DNA from: Candidatus Kerfeldbacteria bacterium
Lineage (GTDB): Bacteria; Patescibacteriota; Patescibacteriia; UBA9570; XYC2-FULL-38-9
Direction: 5' to 3'
Length of the DNA stretch: 64,000 bases
Assembly: GCA_043813585.1 (NCBI GenBank)
Contig: JBDRKW010000020.1
Location: 1,185 to 65,184 of the forward strand
Shown here: in pieces, positions 17,168 through 27,491 of the stretch
Numbering within the stretch: position 1 is the stretch's first letter
Layout of the letters: each line of letters opens with the position of its first letter
Translations under genes and position numbers: made by a program
The notes under the pieces: generated by a model
The model's input: the letters and a program-made list of their open reading frames with translations, nothing else
Databases searched by the model: none
What the model was told of the DNA's origin: nothing

Positions 17168-18130
17168 ATGAAAAAACTCATCGTCACCATACCGGTTTAT
17201 AATGAAGAGGAGAACATCGCAGATGTCATCCGCGAGATTCCGCGCGAGATCCAGGGGGTCGGCAGCGTGGAGGTGTTGGTATACGATGACGGGTCAACAG
17301 ACAGAACGCGGGAAGCCGCTCGTGCGGCGGGCGCGACCCATGTGGTCGGGCGATCAACGAATAAAGGGCTGGCCATCACGTTTAAAGAGGCGTTATGGGC
17401 GGCGCTGGAGCGCGGAGCGGACATTATCGTGAACACGGACGGGGACAACCACTATAACCAGTCCCGCATCCCGGACCTGGTCAAGCCGATTCTGGAAGGC
17501 CATGCCGACATTACAATCGGTTCGCGCAAGGTAAACGACCTGGAAGAGATGCCATTTTGGAACAAGCATCTGAACCGGATCGGGAGCTATGTCGTAACAA
17601 AATGGATCGGCCTGCCAAATCTTGATGTCTCCACCGGATTCCGCGGGTATTCCAAGGATGCGGCGCTCAAGCTGGGCGTCTATTCGCTCCATACCTACGT
17701 GCACACGACGCTCTTGTCTGCGCAGGACCTGAACCTCACCATAACCGAAGTGCCGATCAAGGCGCGTGCGGTATCGCGCGAATCGCGGCTGATCAAGAGT
17801 ATCCCAAACCACCTGTGGAAAGCGGGCATTAACATCATCCGCAATATCGTGCTGTTCCGGCCGCTGCGGTTTTTCGGCGTTATCGCGTTTGTGCTGTTCC
17901 TCATCGGCGCATTGCCGGTGGGGCGGTTCCTCTATTATTATGCGATCGGCAATGGCGGCGGGCATATCCAGTCGCTCGTTCTTGCGGGTGTCCTGATTAT
18001 TTTAAGCTTTAACAGCCTGATGCTCGGCCTGCTCGGTTCATCAATCGGCTGGTCGCGGAAAGTCACCGAAGAGACGCTGTATTTTTTAAAAAAGAGGGAG
18101 ATAGAAAAAAAGAATCAACAAACCGAATAA
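17168..18130 (+). CDS. GT2 glycosyltransferase with two C-terminal TM helices
   Basis: IPVYNEE, DDGSTD, NTDGDNHY, STGFR. Confidence 0.9.
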   Translation: MKKLIVTIPVYNEEENIADVIREIPREIQGVGSVEVLVYDDGSTDRTREAARAAGATHVVGRSTNKGLAITFKEALWAALERGADIIVNTDGDNHYNQSRIPDLVKPILEGHADITIGSRKVNDLEEMPFWNKHLNRIGSYVVTKWIGLPNLDVSTGFRGYSKDAALKLGVYSLHTYVHTTLLSAQDLNLTITEVPIKARAVSRESRLIKSIPNHLWKAGINIIRNIVLFRPLRFFGVIAFVLFLIGALPVGRFLYYYAIGNGGGHIQSLVLAGVLIILSFNSLMLGLLGSSIGWSRKVTEETLYFLKKREIEKKNQQTE

Positions 18131-18142
18131 ATATAAACACGC

Positions 18143-19300
18143 ATGATTGCACCGCATGGAAACAAACTGGTAGAACGCGTTCTGCCGGAAGACAAGATTG
18201 AAGAAGTTAAAAAAGAGGCCGCGTCGCTCGTCAGCATTACGCTCAATGAGGAGCAGATTAAAGATGTGAAAAATATCGCGCGCGGCGTTTTGAGCCCCCT
18301 GACCGGGTTTATGAACCGGGCGGATTTTGAGGGCGTTGTTGACAACATGAAGCTGGCAAGCGGCATTACCTGGTCGATCCCGTTCGTGCTGCATATTTCC
18401 GAAGAGGAGGCAGCCAAGATGAAGAGCGGCGACCGAATTGCGCTGGTGGGCGGAGACGGTGAGCTGGTTGCGCTGATGACGATCGGCGACATTTACGATT
18501 TTGACGTCGAGCACGTGGCAGAGAAGGTATTCGGCACGGCTGACAACGAGCACCCCGGCGTGGCGCGGTGGCGCAAAATCAGCGGACGCAAACTGGTGGG
18601 CGGCGACATTGACCTGGTCGACAACTCGAAAGAGCCGTTCTATGACTATAACCTGGATCCGGCTGAAACGCGGTACCTGTTCAAGCAATACGGGTGGAAC
18701 ACGGTTGCCGGGTTTCAGACGCGCAACACGCCGCATCGCGCGCACGAGTATTTGCAGCGGTGTGCGCTCGAGCTGGTGGACGGCCTCTTCATCAACCCGA
18801 TCATCGGCGAAAAAAAAGCCGGCGATTTCCAGGATGACCTCATTATCAAGACATACGACTACCTTATCAAGAACTTCTTTCCGAAAGAACGCGCCACCTT
18901 TTCGATTTTGCCGGCACGCATGAACTACGCCGGCCCGCGCGAGGCAATCCTGCACGCTATCATCCGCAAGAACTTCGGCTGTACGCATTTTGTCGTCGGC
19001 CGCGACCATGCAGGCGTCGGCAATTACTACGGTTCCTACGACGCGCAGGAAATTTTCGACCAGATCGAGGATATCGGGATTGAAATTATGAAGTTCGAAC
19101 ATTCGTTTTTATGCAAGAAATGCGACACGATGGCGACCACGAAAACGTGCGGCCATACGGACGCCGACCGCGTCTGCCCGTCGGGGTCGCTGATACGCGA
19201 ACTGCTCTCTGCCGGAAAGCCGGTTCCGGAAGATATCATGCGCAAGGAGATTGTTGACCTGCTTCTCGCGGAAAAAAATCTATTCGTTACGGAAGACTAG
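18143..19300 (+). CDS. sat: Sulfate adenylyltransferase
   Basis: PHG..L, FQTRNTPHRAHEY, YAGPREA, VGRDHAGVG. Confidence 0.95.
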   Translation: MIAPHGNKLVERVLPEDKIEEVKKEAASLVSITLNEEQIKDVKNIARGVLSPLTGFMNRADFEGVVDNMKLASGITWSIPFVLHISEEEAAKMKSGDRIALVGGDGELVALMTIGDIYDFDVEHVAEKVFGTADNEHPGVARWRKISGRKLVGGDIDLVDNSKEPFYDYNLDPAETRYLFKQYGWNTVAGFQTRNTPHRAHEYLQRCALELVDGLFINPIIGEKKAGDFQDDLIIKTYDYLIKNFFPKERATFSILPARMNYAGPREAILHAIIRKNFGCTHFVVGRDHAGVGNYYGSYDAQEIFDQIEDIGIEIMKFEHSFLCKKCDTMATTKTCGHTDADRVCPSGSLIRELLSAGKPVPEDIMRKEIVDLLLAEKNLFVTED

Positions 19301-19301
19301 G

Positions 19302-20321
19302 ATGCTTGAGATGGTGGATTTCAAAACGCACATCAAAGATGTCGCGCCGGCATCCGTGCTTATCATCCACCACTGGGACGCTGACGGTTTGAGCTGCACC
19401 GCGTTGCTGCTGAACTGGCTGGCGGAGCATGCGCCTGAAACAACCGTGCAGACCATGTACCCGCAGATCAACAACTATTTCCTGACCGAGAGCGAGTATG
19501 AATCCATCCGCGACGGCGGGTATGACGGTATCGTCTGTGCTGACCTGAATTTTTCCGTTGACGTCATCGAAGCGCTGGAGCAGATCGCATCGCCGGTATT
19601 TGTTTTTGACCATCATTCCCAGACAGAAGGCATAAACCGTCCCGGCATCCAGGACACATCGTATCCCGGCTGTTCCGCCCTGGTGCACGAATATTTATTC
19701 GGCGGAGAACCGTCGCTCCTTGGGGTTCTCGGAATGGTTGGCGATATGGAAGAGCGGCTGAAAGAACGCGCAGGCCACTACGAGGCGGTCGAGGCGGTCA
19801 TGGAGAAAGAATCGCTTTCGTTTAAGGATATTCACCACATGACGAGGCTCATTGATACGTCGTATATTATTAAGGACGAGGACGCCATCGCGCATGCGAT
19901 TGAGGTATTGCGAAAAGATCCGAAGGACGCGCTTACCGATGAACAGATGATCGCAAACGAGCAGCGCATTGCGGATGAGTTGGAGCGCGAAAGCGGCAAA
20001 GAGCTGGAGCGGGTGACGGACAAAGTGCTGTTCCTGCCGATTGAATCGGAGATGAGTCTGATTTCGGCAATCACGCGCACGCAGTCGCGCAAGCATCCGG
20101 AAGCGGTGATTGTCACCGAACAGCGGCGCGGAGATGATGCGAGTTTTTATGTGCGAAGGAAAGACGCGGAGATCGACCTGGGCTGCGTGGCAGAGCTGGC
20201 GAAAGGAAAAGGATATGTTGCCGGAGGAAAGCCGGAAGTGACAGGAATTGTTCTGCCGGCCGCTGATCTGGACGGGTTCCGCAGCGAAGTGTTTGAATTG
20301 TTAAAACAGGAGCTTGAGTAG
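19302..20321 (+). CDS. DHH/DHHA1 family phosphoesterase
   Basis: HHWDADG, ADLN, FDHH, C-terminal AGGK. Confidence 0.85.
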   Translation: MLEMVDFKTHIKDVAPASVLIIHHWDADGLSCTALLLNWLAEHAPETTVQTMYPQINNYFLTESEYESIRDGGYDGIVCADLNFSVDVIEALEQIASPVFVFDHHSQTEGINRPGIQDTSYPGCSALVHEYLFGGEPSLLGVLGMVGDMEERLKERAGHYEAVEAVMEKESLSFKDIHHMTRLIDTSYIIKDEDAIAHAIEVLRKDPKDALTDEQMIANEQRIADELERESGKELERVTDKVLFLPIESEMSLISAITRTQSRKHPEAVIVTEQRRGDDASFYVRRKDAEIDLGCVAELAKGKGYVAGGKPEVTGIVLPAADLDGFRSEVFELLKQELE

Positions 20322-20322
20322 T

Positions 20323-21714
20323 ATGAATAACAGGAAGGTCATCGTCATCGGACTGGATTGCGGAACGCCACAGCTTATTTTTGATCAGTATAAAAAAGAC
20401 CTGCCGAATATTTCGGCGATGATGGAGCAGGGAACGTGGGGCAGGCTCAAAAGCACCATACCGCCGATTACCATTCCGGCGTGGGCATGCATGACCACAT
20501 CAAAAACACCGGGCGACCTGGGAGTGTACGGGTTCCGTTCGCGGACGCCAGGCGCGCCGTATGACGCCATGGATATTGCGCACGCGGGCCTTATTAAAGA
20601 AAAACGCATCTGGGATTACCTGGGTGACGCCGGCAAGAAGGTCGGCATGCTCGGGGTGCCGCAGACCTATCCTGTGAAGCCGGTGAACGGCATGATGGTA
20701 TCGAGCTTCATGACACCGAGCACAAAGGAAGAGTTCGCCTACCCGGCAGAATTAAAACAGGAGATCCTCGACATGGTCGCGCCGGATGATTACATTTTTG
20801 ACTTTGCAAACCGGTCCGCAGAACCGCCGGAACAAGTGCTGGAAAAAATCTACACCATGACCGACCAGCGGCAGAAGATCTTCAAGCACTGGATACGGAA
20901 CAAGGAGTGGGACTTCCTCATGATGGTGGAGATGGGCGTGGACCGCATCCACCACTACCTGTGGCAGTACATGGATCCCACGCACAAGGATTATGAAGCC
21001 GGCAACCCTTTCGAAAACAAGATCCGCGAATACTACATGCACATCGACGCGTTCATCGGAGAGGTGCGCGAAATGGCGCCGGCCGACACCGTGATCTACG
21101 TCGTTTCCGACCACGGAGCAAAACGGATGGATGGCATGTTTGTCATCAACGAATGGCTGATTGAAAACGGCTACCTGGTGCTGAAAGAATTCCCGAAGGA
21201 ACCGACAAGCATCAACGCATGTGACGTGGACTGGAGCAAAACGAAGGCATGGGCCTGGGGCGGATTTTACGGGCGCCTGTTTTTGAACATTAAAGGACGC
21301 GAACAGCAGGGCATTGTTGATCCGGCAGACGCGGATGCGCTACTAGACGAACTGCGCTCAAAACTGATGGAAGTGAAGGGTCCAAACGGAGAAGAAATGA
21401 AGCATCTTCTCGTCAAACCGGGCGAATTGTATGCGGATGGGCGTGGCGATTCGCCAGACCTCATGATTTTCTGGGGCGACCTCTACTACAAACTGGCGGG
21501 CACGCTCGGGTACAACTCCTTGTATATCGAAAAGGACGACCGGGGCCTTGATTTCGGCGTCCACGACTGGTATGGTGTGTACTTGCGGCATGATCCGAAG
21601 GCCAAGGGATTGGGCGAAAAAGACGGCCTCAGCATCCTGGACATCACTCCAACCTGGCTGAACGACTTTGGCATGGATGTGCCCGGCGATATGAGAGGAA
21701 CAATTATTGAATAA
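20323..21714 (+). CDS. Alkaline phosphatase superfamily (nucleotide pyrophosphatase/phosphodiesterase type) protein, no signal peptide
   Basis: [30 protein letters not shown]. Confidence 0.9.
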   Translation: MNNRKVIVIGLDCGTPQLIFDQYKKDLPNISAMMEQGTWGRLKSTIPPITIPAWACMTTSKTPGDLGVYGFRSRTPGAPYDAMDIAHAGLIKEKRIWDYLGDAGKKVGMLGVPQTYPVKPVNGMMVSSFMTPSTKEEFAYPAELKQEILDMVAPDDYIFDFANRSAEPPEQVLEKIYTMTDQRQKIFKHWIRNKEWDFLMMVEMGVDRIHHYLWQYMDPTHKDYEAGNPFENKIREYYMHIDAFIGEVREMAPADTVIYVVSDHGAKRMDGMFVINEWLIENGYLVLKEFPKEPTSINACDVDWSKTKAWAWGGFYGRLFLNIKGREQQGIVDPADADALLDELRSKLMEVKGPNGEEMKHLLVKPGELYADGRGDSPDLMIFWGDLYYKLAGTLGYNSLYIEKDDRGLDFGVHDWYGVYLRHDPKAKGLGEKDGLSILDITPTWLNDFGMDVPGDMRGTIIE

Positions 21715-21715
21715 T

Positions 21716-22336
21716 ATGAAACAGAAAGCGACAAACATTACATGGCATGAGGGCGACGTCACAAAGGAAGACCGGGAGAAGCTGCTCGGCCAAAAGGGCG
21801 TGGTGATATGGTTCACCGGCCTTTCAGGATCGGGCAAGTCAACGCTGGCAGTTGAGGTAGAGAAAAAATTGTTTACACAGGGCCGTGCGTGTTATCGTCT
21901 TGATGGCGACAACGTCCGCCACGGGATCAACAAAGACCTTGGTTTTTCAGATGAAGACCGCACGGAAAACATCCGCCGCATCGGCGAGGTGGCAAAACTG
22001 TTCGCCGACGCCGGCATCATTGTGATGACATCATTCATCTCTCCGTTCCGGGCTGACCGCGACATTGTTCGCGCGCTTTTGCCGGAAGGGGAATTTATTG
22101 AAGCGTACGTGCAATGTTCGCTTGAAGAATGCGAACGGCGCGACCCCAAAGGGCTCTATAAGAAAGCGCGTGCGGGCGAGATTCCCGATTTTACCGGCAT
22201 TGATTCGGCATATGAGGAACCGATGGACCCGGAGATTGTTGTGGCGACGGATAAAATGGGCATTGAAGAAGCGACCGATTTCCTATTAAAGGAGCTCGGA
22301 CGCCTAGGAGTACTCAATGGCGAAGTTCAACAATAG
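21716..22336 (+). CDS. cysC: Adenylyl-sulfate kinase
   Basis: [40 protein letters not shown]. Confidence 0.95.
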   Translation: MKQKATNITWHEGDVTKEDREKLLGQKGVVIWFTGLSGSGKSTLAVEVEKKLFTQGRACYRLDGDNVRHGINKDLGFSDEDRTENIRRIGEVAKLFADAGIIVMTSFISPFRADRDIVRALLPEGEFIEAYVQCSLEECERRDPKGLYKKARAGEIPDFTGIDSAYEEPMDPEIVVATDKMGIEEATDFLLKELGRLGVLNGEVQQ

Positions 22337-24053
22337 AGCAAAGGCGTTTGTTTTCAGCCTGATTATCTGCGCAGCGCTTGCGGTTGGTTTTGGCGTCATT
22401 TATTTCAACGACAGCGCCTGGGGTACCTGGGGCGATGACTCTGCCGGCTATATTTTCCTGGCCGGGCGCATGTGGGAAGGGGAGCCACTAGTGTACCTGG
22501 ATGAACTGGCAGCCAAAGGGCTGGAGTTTTTCGGCGACGAGAAGTTGGCGCGCTGGCTGACGCCGACGCACCACCAGTTTATTAACACCCGTGGCGTGAT
22601 CGCTTCAAAATACCCCGTTGGTGCACCGATGCTCCTGCTGGTCGGAGCGGCGCTTACAGGCAAGAGCGAAGGGTTTTATCTGGTAACGCCTGCACTGGCA
22701 GCCGCAAACCTTGTATTGTTCTATTTTCTGGCCGTTCTCGTCATACCCAGGCATCGGTACCGCCATTTTATCGGCTTGCTGTCTGCCGGAATGCTGGGAT
22801 TATCGGAACTGTATTACAACTACGCCATTGCGCAGCCGATGCGCGAGATCCCGTCCGTGACATTCCTACTGCTGATCGCCATCTTATTGCTGCGCGGCAT
22901 CCGGTTGCTGAAAAATACAGAACGTAAAAAGGCCGCAACGCCGTTTTATTTCATTTTCGCCGCCGGCTTGGCATTTGGCATGGCGTTCAATATCAGGGAG
23001 ACGAGCGCGCTCATCCTGCCCGGAGCCGCATTGTATGTCCTGTTGGCGCTGTGGCCGAAAAAAGAATCCACGCAGAAGTACATCAAGCAGCTGGCGCTGG
23101 TCGGGTTGTCATTTTTTATCGCGGCCGCGGTTGCCGTGATCCCCACAGCGCTGAATTCGTACAATATTTCACAGGACAAGGAGGTCTTCAAGGCCCGCGA
23201 CACAAGCAATGTGGTCGTACTGCCGAATATCGGCCATGTCGAATCATTAAGCGTGCAGAACCTGTTCGACAACCAGGGCAAGTTCCGCCCCGGCACCGGC
23301 TCGCTGCCGCACTATTGGGGCGTGATGCAGGATGTTGTTCCTGTCCCGTACTTCTTGGTGTTTGTCGCGCTTGGTATCTTTTTCTTGTGGAAGGAATCCA
23401 GGCCGAAAACGGCGCTCCTGGTCGGCTGGGCCGTCGGCATTCTTATCATCTTTTCCATTTGGGTGAACCCGTACTCGCGCTACATTATACCGATGTTCCC
23501 ACCGATGATATTCCTGGGCGTATACGGCTTGTTCGGTTTTTTCCAGGAGCTCGTGCCGAAATTGATTAAGAAACGATGGGCAATGACCATCCTTGCGCTG
23601 GGCGTGTCAGCCACCTTTTTGGTGGCCTACCAGCCGGTGTTTGCGGACGTGAAAGAAAATCTTAAAATCGATGTCCATCGGTATAAAGCGATATCTCACA
23701 AGGATTTGGAAACGTTAATCGATCTGGGCGACGAGCTGGTGCTTTCCGACCAGCCGGTGCTGATGTTTTCCGGCGTCTGGCAGTACGGAACGAGCGAAAC
23801 GCTGGAAGCTCATACCGGTTTAAAGACCGTCCGCTTTCCGCTGGAACAGCGGTTTGATTTTAACGAAGGCCGGGTAAACGAATTCTTCGTTTCAATGCTT
23901 TCGGACGGGTACACGCTCTATGTCTGGGTGGACGAAACATCCTCGCCAGAGCTGTTTACATGGCTTGAGATGTATGATACGAATCTCGTGGACACGCTGG
24001 ACTTCACCTTCCAGCCGCAGGTCCGCATTTACGAGGTCAGAGCTCAACGATAG
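22317..24053 (+). CDS. GT-C fold (PMT/GT39-like) membrane glycosyltransferase
   Basis: DD motif after TM1 (WGDDSAGY), YPVGAP, many TMs, RYIIPMFP. Confidence 0.65.
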   Translation: MAKFNNRAKAFVFSLIICAALAVGFGVIYFNDSAWGTWGDDSAGYIFLAGRMWEGEPLVYLDELAAKGLEFFGDEKLARWLTPTHHQFINTRGVIASKYPVGAPMLLLVGAALTGKSEGFYLVTPALAAANLVLFYFLAVLVIPRHRYRHFIGLLSAGMLGLSELYYNYAIAQPMREIPSVTFLLLIAILLLRGIRLLKNTERKKAATPFYFIFAAGLAFGMAFNIRETSALILPGAALYVLLALWPKKESTQKYIKQLALVGLSFFIAAAVAVIPTALNSYNISQDKEVFKARDTSNVVVLPNIGHVESLSVQNLFDNQGKFRPGTGSLPHYWGVMQDVVPVPYFLVFVALGIFFLWKESRPKTALLVGWAVGILIIFSIWVNPYSRYIIPMFPPMIFLGVYGLFGFFQELVPKLIKKRWAMTILALGVSATFLVAYQPVFADVKENLKIDVHRYKAISHKDLETLIDLGDELVLSDQPVLMFSGVWQYGTSETLEAHTGLKTVRFPLEQRFDFNEGRVNEFFVSMLSDGYTLYVWVDETSSPELFTWLEMYDTNLVDTLDFTFQPQVRIYEVRAQR

Positions 24054-24058
24054 CCGCT

Positions 24059-24739
24059 ATGCATGAAATAAAGAAAATTGCAGACGTCAAACCGTTCCAG
24101 AAACCGCAGGACTCTGTTTTTTCAATGCTATTCACAAGAAGACTTTCCCGCATCCTGACGTTCATCCTGGTCAAGGCGGATAAGGGCGTAACGCCCAACA
24201 AGGTTTCGACTTTTTCATTCCTGCTCGCGGTCATCGCGTGCGTGCTATTTGTATATGAAGATTATTGGGCGCGGTTTGCCGGCGTTATCCTACTGCAGCT
24301 CAGCTTCGCGTTTGATTGTTCGGACGGCGAGATCGCGCGCATCAAGAACATGAGTTCCAAATTCGGGGCGTGGCTGGATTCTGTCTACGACCGCATCAAA
24401 GAGGTGCTCATGTTTGCGTCCATGACGCTGTACTGGTTCCTGTACGAGGAGCGCGCGGTGTGGGTGCTCCTGGTCGGCTTTTTTGCAATCATCGGTTTGC
24501 TGCTTGTTTCTTACCTGCGCGAAGCGAAGAGAAGCTCCTGGCCGTCGAACCGCGTATCCGAACTGTTTATTGCAAAAGATATCTACGTCGGCACCGTGGA
24601 TGTCACGATCTACCTGGTCAGCTTTGCCGTGCTGTTTAACTTTCAAGTCTACATCCTGACGGTATTTTTACTTGTCAGCATACCGTTGCTGGCCAAGCAG
24701 TTCCTTTCTGCCTACCGGCTTTCGAAAAAAGAAATATAA
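24059..24739 (+). CDS. CDP-alcohol phosphotransferase
   Basis: TPN; DCSDGEIAR....SKFGAWLDSVYD signature. Confidence 0.9.
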   Translation: MHEIKKIADVKPFQKPQDSVFSMLFTRRLSRILTFILVKADKGVTPNKVSTFSFLLAVIACVLFVYEDYWARFAGVILLQLSFAFDCSDGEIARIKNMSSKFGAWLDSVYDRIKEVLMFASMTLYWFLYEERAVWVLLVGFFAIIGLLLVSYLREAKRSSWPSNRVSELFIAKDIYVGTVDVTIYLVSFAVLFNFQVYILTVFLLVSIPLLAKQFLSAYRLSKKEI

Positions 24740-24763
24740 AATGCCGCATGAAGCGGCATTTTT
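24738..24763. terminator. Bidirectional terminator between convergent operons
   Basis: AAAATGCCGC-ATGAA-GCGGCATTTT. Confidence 0.85.
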
Positions 24764-24778
24764 CTTATTTGAGGCGCT

Positions 24779-26404
24779 CTAGAGTTTAATGCTGCCGAGC
24801 GCGCTTTTGATTGAGTCGCGCTCCGACTCCTTTTCTTCTTGTTTGCGCGAAACCGGGCCGATCTCTACCGGCTTCTTTTTGGCATCAGAATCTTCCGTAA
24901 ACAACGCCTTGGAAACGCGGCCGTCGCAGTCAGAAGGAACCGGCAGGCCGAACAGGTGAAGGATAATCGGCGTAATGTCCTGCATCTTCAAATTTTTGAC
25001 CTCGGCGTTGGTTTCAAAGTCCGGGCCGTAGGCCATGAACACGCCGTATTTGCCGTGCTTGTTGCTGACCTCTTCGCCAAACAGGGAGCCGGAATGGAAA
25101 TGGCCGGTGAGCCAGTACTGGTCCAGTTCAAAGAAGATATCCGGCGCCTGGTCAGGCGCATCGCCGCCGTACACCTCGTCGCGCGTCATGACCTTTTTCA
25201 CGACAGGAACGCCCTGCGGGTCCTTGAGGTTGCGGAGCTTATCGATAATTTCGGTTCGCAGCGGCAGGTATTCAGCGCTGGAGACCGTACCGTCCGTGTA
25301 GACCCAGTCCTTGTTGATATAGGCATTGGTGATATAGGCGCCTTTCGGAAAGCAAACGTTCGTTTCGTTGAAATCGATGCCCACGTTCACTTTGATATGG
25401 ACGGGGAAGTATTTCTTCACGATATGGTGGTAGCTCCATTTTGCCGCGCGCTCGGCAACGGGAATCTTCGACAGCGCGTTAATGGCTCCGGTCCCGATAT
25501 TCAGCTTCTTCTTTTTTGCGCGCAGCGTGTCTGTTTCTTTTGCGCGCCTCGTCACCGCGCCGCGGAAGTCGTCGCCCTGCTTGTTTGTCTTCAAATAGCC
25601 CTGCTGTTCAAGCCATCGGTTCAAGTAGAAGATCTTATCAAACGCCGCAAATCCGTGGTCGGAGAGTACAATCAGGTTCGCATCTTCGGGAAGGTTATCT
25701 ACAAACCATTTCAGGTGTTCGTCTATCTTTTCAAAGACGCGGCGGGGGGATTCAGCTTGCTGCTCTTCCAGCTCCTTGAACGCCATGTGTGAAATCCAGT
25801 CGGAATGCGAGAAGAGGTAGAAGAAAAAATCCCACGGCTTCTTTTTGAAGATCGCTTTCACTGCCTCGACCTGCTCTTCCATATGGTTCAATAGGTCTTC
25901 CGTATATTCATCCTGCCGCGACGTGATGCGTAGGCTCTCATCCGGCGTGAGCCGCCATTTCTTCAGCTCCGGGAACTCTTCAACGAGCGATGCGGGATAG
26001 ATGAACTGGTCGCCCTGCGTGAGCAAGCTGGTGATGGTCGGCGTATCCTTCAGTTTCGGCGGCCAGGTAGCAGGCAGGTTCAGCAGAATGGACTTGAGCC
26101 CGCGTTCATGCAACAGCTCATAGATCGTCTTATCCTTGATGTCTTTACTCGTCACGAACTTCATGTTGCCGAGCGAATCAGTCGGAAGCATAAAATCAAA
26201 TACGCCGTGCTTGCCCGGATGCTTGCCGGTGGCAAAGGTCGTCCACGCGGTCGCGGTCATGTTCGGGATGGTCGATTCCAAATCGCCGGACACGCCCTGC
26301 TCCATGAGCTTTTTCACGGTCGGCATGTATCCCTTGTCTGCAAGCGGCTTCAACAATTTCCATGTGGCGCCGTCAAGGCCAATGGCAACAATTTTCCTGT
26401 TCAT
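24779..26404 (-). CDS. Alkaline phosphatase superfamily (nucleotide pyrophosphatase type) protein, paralog of 20323-21714
   Basis: IGLDGA, STIPNMTATAW, DWISH, LSDHGF, NKH. Confidence 0.9.
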   Translation of the reverse strand: MNRKIVAIGLDGATWKLLKPLADKGYMPTVKKLMEQGVSGDLESTIPNMTATAWTTFATGKHPGKHGVFDFMLPTDSLGNMKFVTSKDIKDKTIYELLHERGLKSILLNLPATWPPKLKDTPTITSLLTQGDQFIYPASLVEEFPELKKWRLTPDESLRITSRQDEYTEDLLNHMEEQVEAVKAIFKKKPWDFFFYLFSHSDWISHMAFKELEEQQAESPRRVFEKIDEHLKWFVDNLPEDANLIVLSDHGFAAFDKIFYLNRWLEQQGYLKTNKQGDDFRGAVTRRAKETDTLRAKKKKLNIGTGAINALSKIPVAERAAKWSYHHIVKKYFPVHIKVNVGIDFNETNVCFPKGAYITNAYINKDWVYTDGTVSSAEYLPLRTEIIDKLRNLKDPQGVPVVKKVMTRDEVYGGDAPDQAPDIFFELDQYWLTGHFHSGSLFGEEVSNKHGKYGVFMAYGPDFETNAEVKNLKMQDITPIILHLFGLPVPSDCDGRVSKALFTEDSDAKKKPVEIGPVSRKQEEKESERDSIKSALGSIKL

Positions 26405-26435
26405 ACTATCAGTTAATGTCCGCTTAACCTCTCCC

Positions 26436-26512
26436 GTGCATTTCCATCGCGTGCTATTCTCGTCTTCGCTCGACGCACGCTACATGGAAATGCACTCGCG
26501 AGGATTCGCGGA
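26436..26512. repeat. REP-like palindromic element, copy A
   Basis: GTGCATTTCCAT/ATGGAAATGCAC outer stem around core CGCGTGCTATTCTCG..CGCTCGACGCACGCTAC; second copy at 53807-53883. Confidence 0.8.
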
Positions 26513-26524
26513 CAGTATTTTTTA

Positions 26525-26737
26525 TTAATCAAGGTAACCGAGGTCTTCCAGCCGCTTCTTGACGGCTTCCTCCTGTTCCTTGGTGTAGGTCGGTTCTGCG
26601 GCCGGTTCATTGCCGGTCTGCTTAATGACCTCCTCCAGTACATAGTTCACGTACGCTTCGACAGAATCGAATTCGTCGGATGCGTTGACGCGCTCTTCGA
26701 GTTTCTTTGTAAGGTCGTCGTTCAGGTTAATCTGCAT
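26525..26737 (-). CDS. Small CopG/RHH-like protein with C-terminal EEAVKKRLEDLGYLD motif
   Basis: 70-aa ORF in operon context; beta-helix-helix-like N-terminus; acidic helix-RLxxLGY tail. Confidence 0.8.
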   Translation of the reverse strand: MQINLNDDLTKKLEERVNASDEFDSVEAYVNYVLEEVIKQTGNEPAAEPTYTKEQEEAVKKRLEDLGYLD

Positions 26738-27491
26738 GGTTTTGGTTTACTTGTTTTTTATCGTATCGATGGAACATCCGGTAGGCAAGTACGGCGGATG
26801 ATAGTGCGTAAAAAGTTTCCAGAACAGCATAAACGATCACCCCGACATGCGCAAGATTCAGCAGGCCGAACACCGTAAAGAGCAGTACGCGATCCGAAAG
26901 CTTGAACAGCACCGAGTGTTTCAGCGTCCGCATCAGCTGGCTGCCCGAATCGGATGCAATAGGCGAGTGCGCGGCATCTTTTTGGCCTTCCTGTTCCAGT
27001 TTGAAGTTGTCGCGGTTCAGCGCGGTGATGTTGCGCATAAACTGGAAGGTGATTGCCGCAAATGCCGCAATAAATATCCACCAGATCTGCTTGTCGGAAA
27101 CAATAAATGCGCCGTAGGCAAATCCAAACAGGACGGCGGCGTCCTTGAGTTTGTCGCTATGGTAGTCAAACCAGTGGCCCATTTTTGACTGCAGCCCTTT
27201 CAGCCGCGACAGCTGCCCGTCGCAGCAGTCGAATATGAATGAAACATGCAGGGTTATTATGCCGGCAACCAGGTATTCATAGGTCCCCACGGAAAAAAGG
27301 TACGCCGCGCCCAGGCCGAGCACGAGCGACGCTGCGGTAAAGTGGTTCGGCTTCAGCGGCAAACGCCGTGTTGCGCGCACAATCAGGTTTGCAACCTGCG
27401 CAGAAAAGTAATACGCAAGAACACCGTCCTCCTTTTTGATGACGCTTCTTGGATTGATGGGAGTTTGCGCCCGGTTATCCATTGTCTGCAT
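26727..27491 (-). CDS. CDP-alcohol phosphotransferase
   Basis: KPN; DCCDGQLSR....SKMGHWFDYHSD signature. Confidence 0.9.
   Translation of the reverse strand: MQTMDNRAQTPINPRSVIKKEDGVLAYYFSAQVANLIVRATRRLPLKPNHFTAASLVLGLGAAYLFSVGTYEYLVAGIITLHVSFIFDCCDGQLSRLKGLQSKMGHWFDYHSDKLKDAAVLFGFAYGAFIVSDKQIWWIFIAAFAAITFQFMRNITALNRDNFKLEQEGQKDAAHSPIASDSGSQLMRTLKHSVLFKLSDRVLLFTVFGLLNLAHVGVIVYAVLETFYALSSAVLAYRMFHRYDKKQVNQNHAD

Noticed and set aside
18143-22336. Assimilatory or dissimilatory sulfate reduction
   Set aside because: No cysH, cysIJ, apr or dsr in the window; the context points to PAPS use by transferases.
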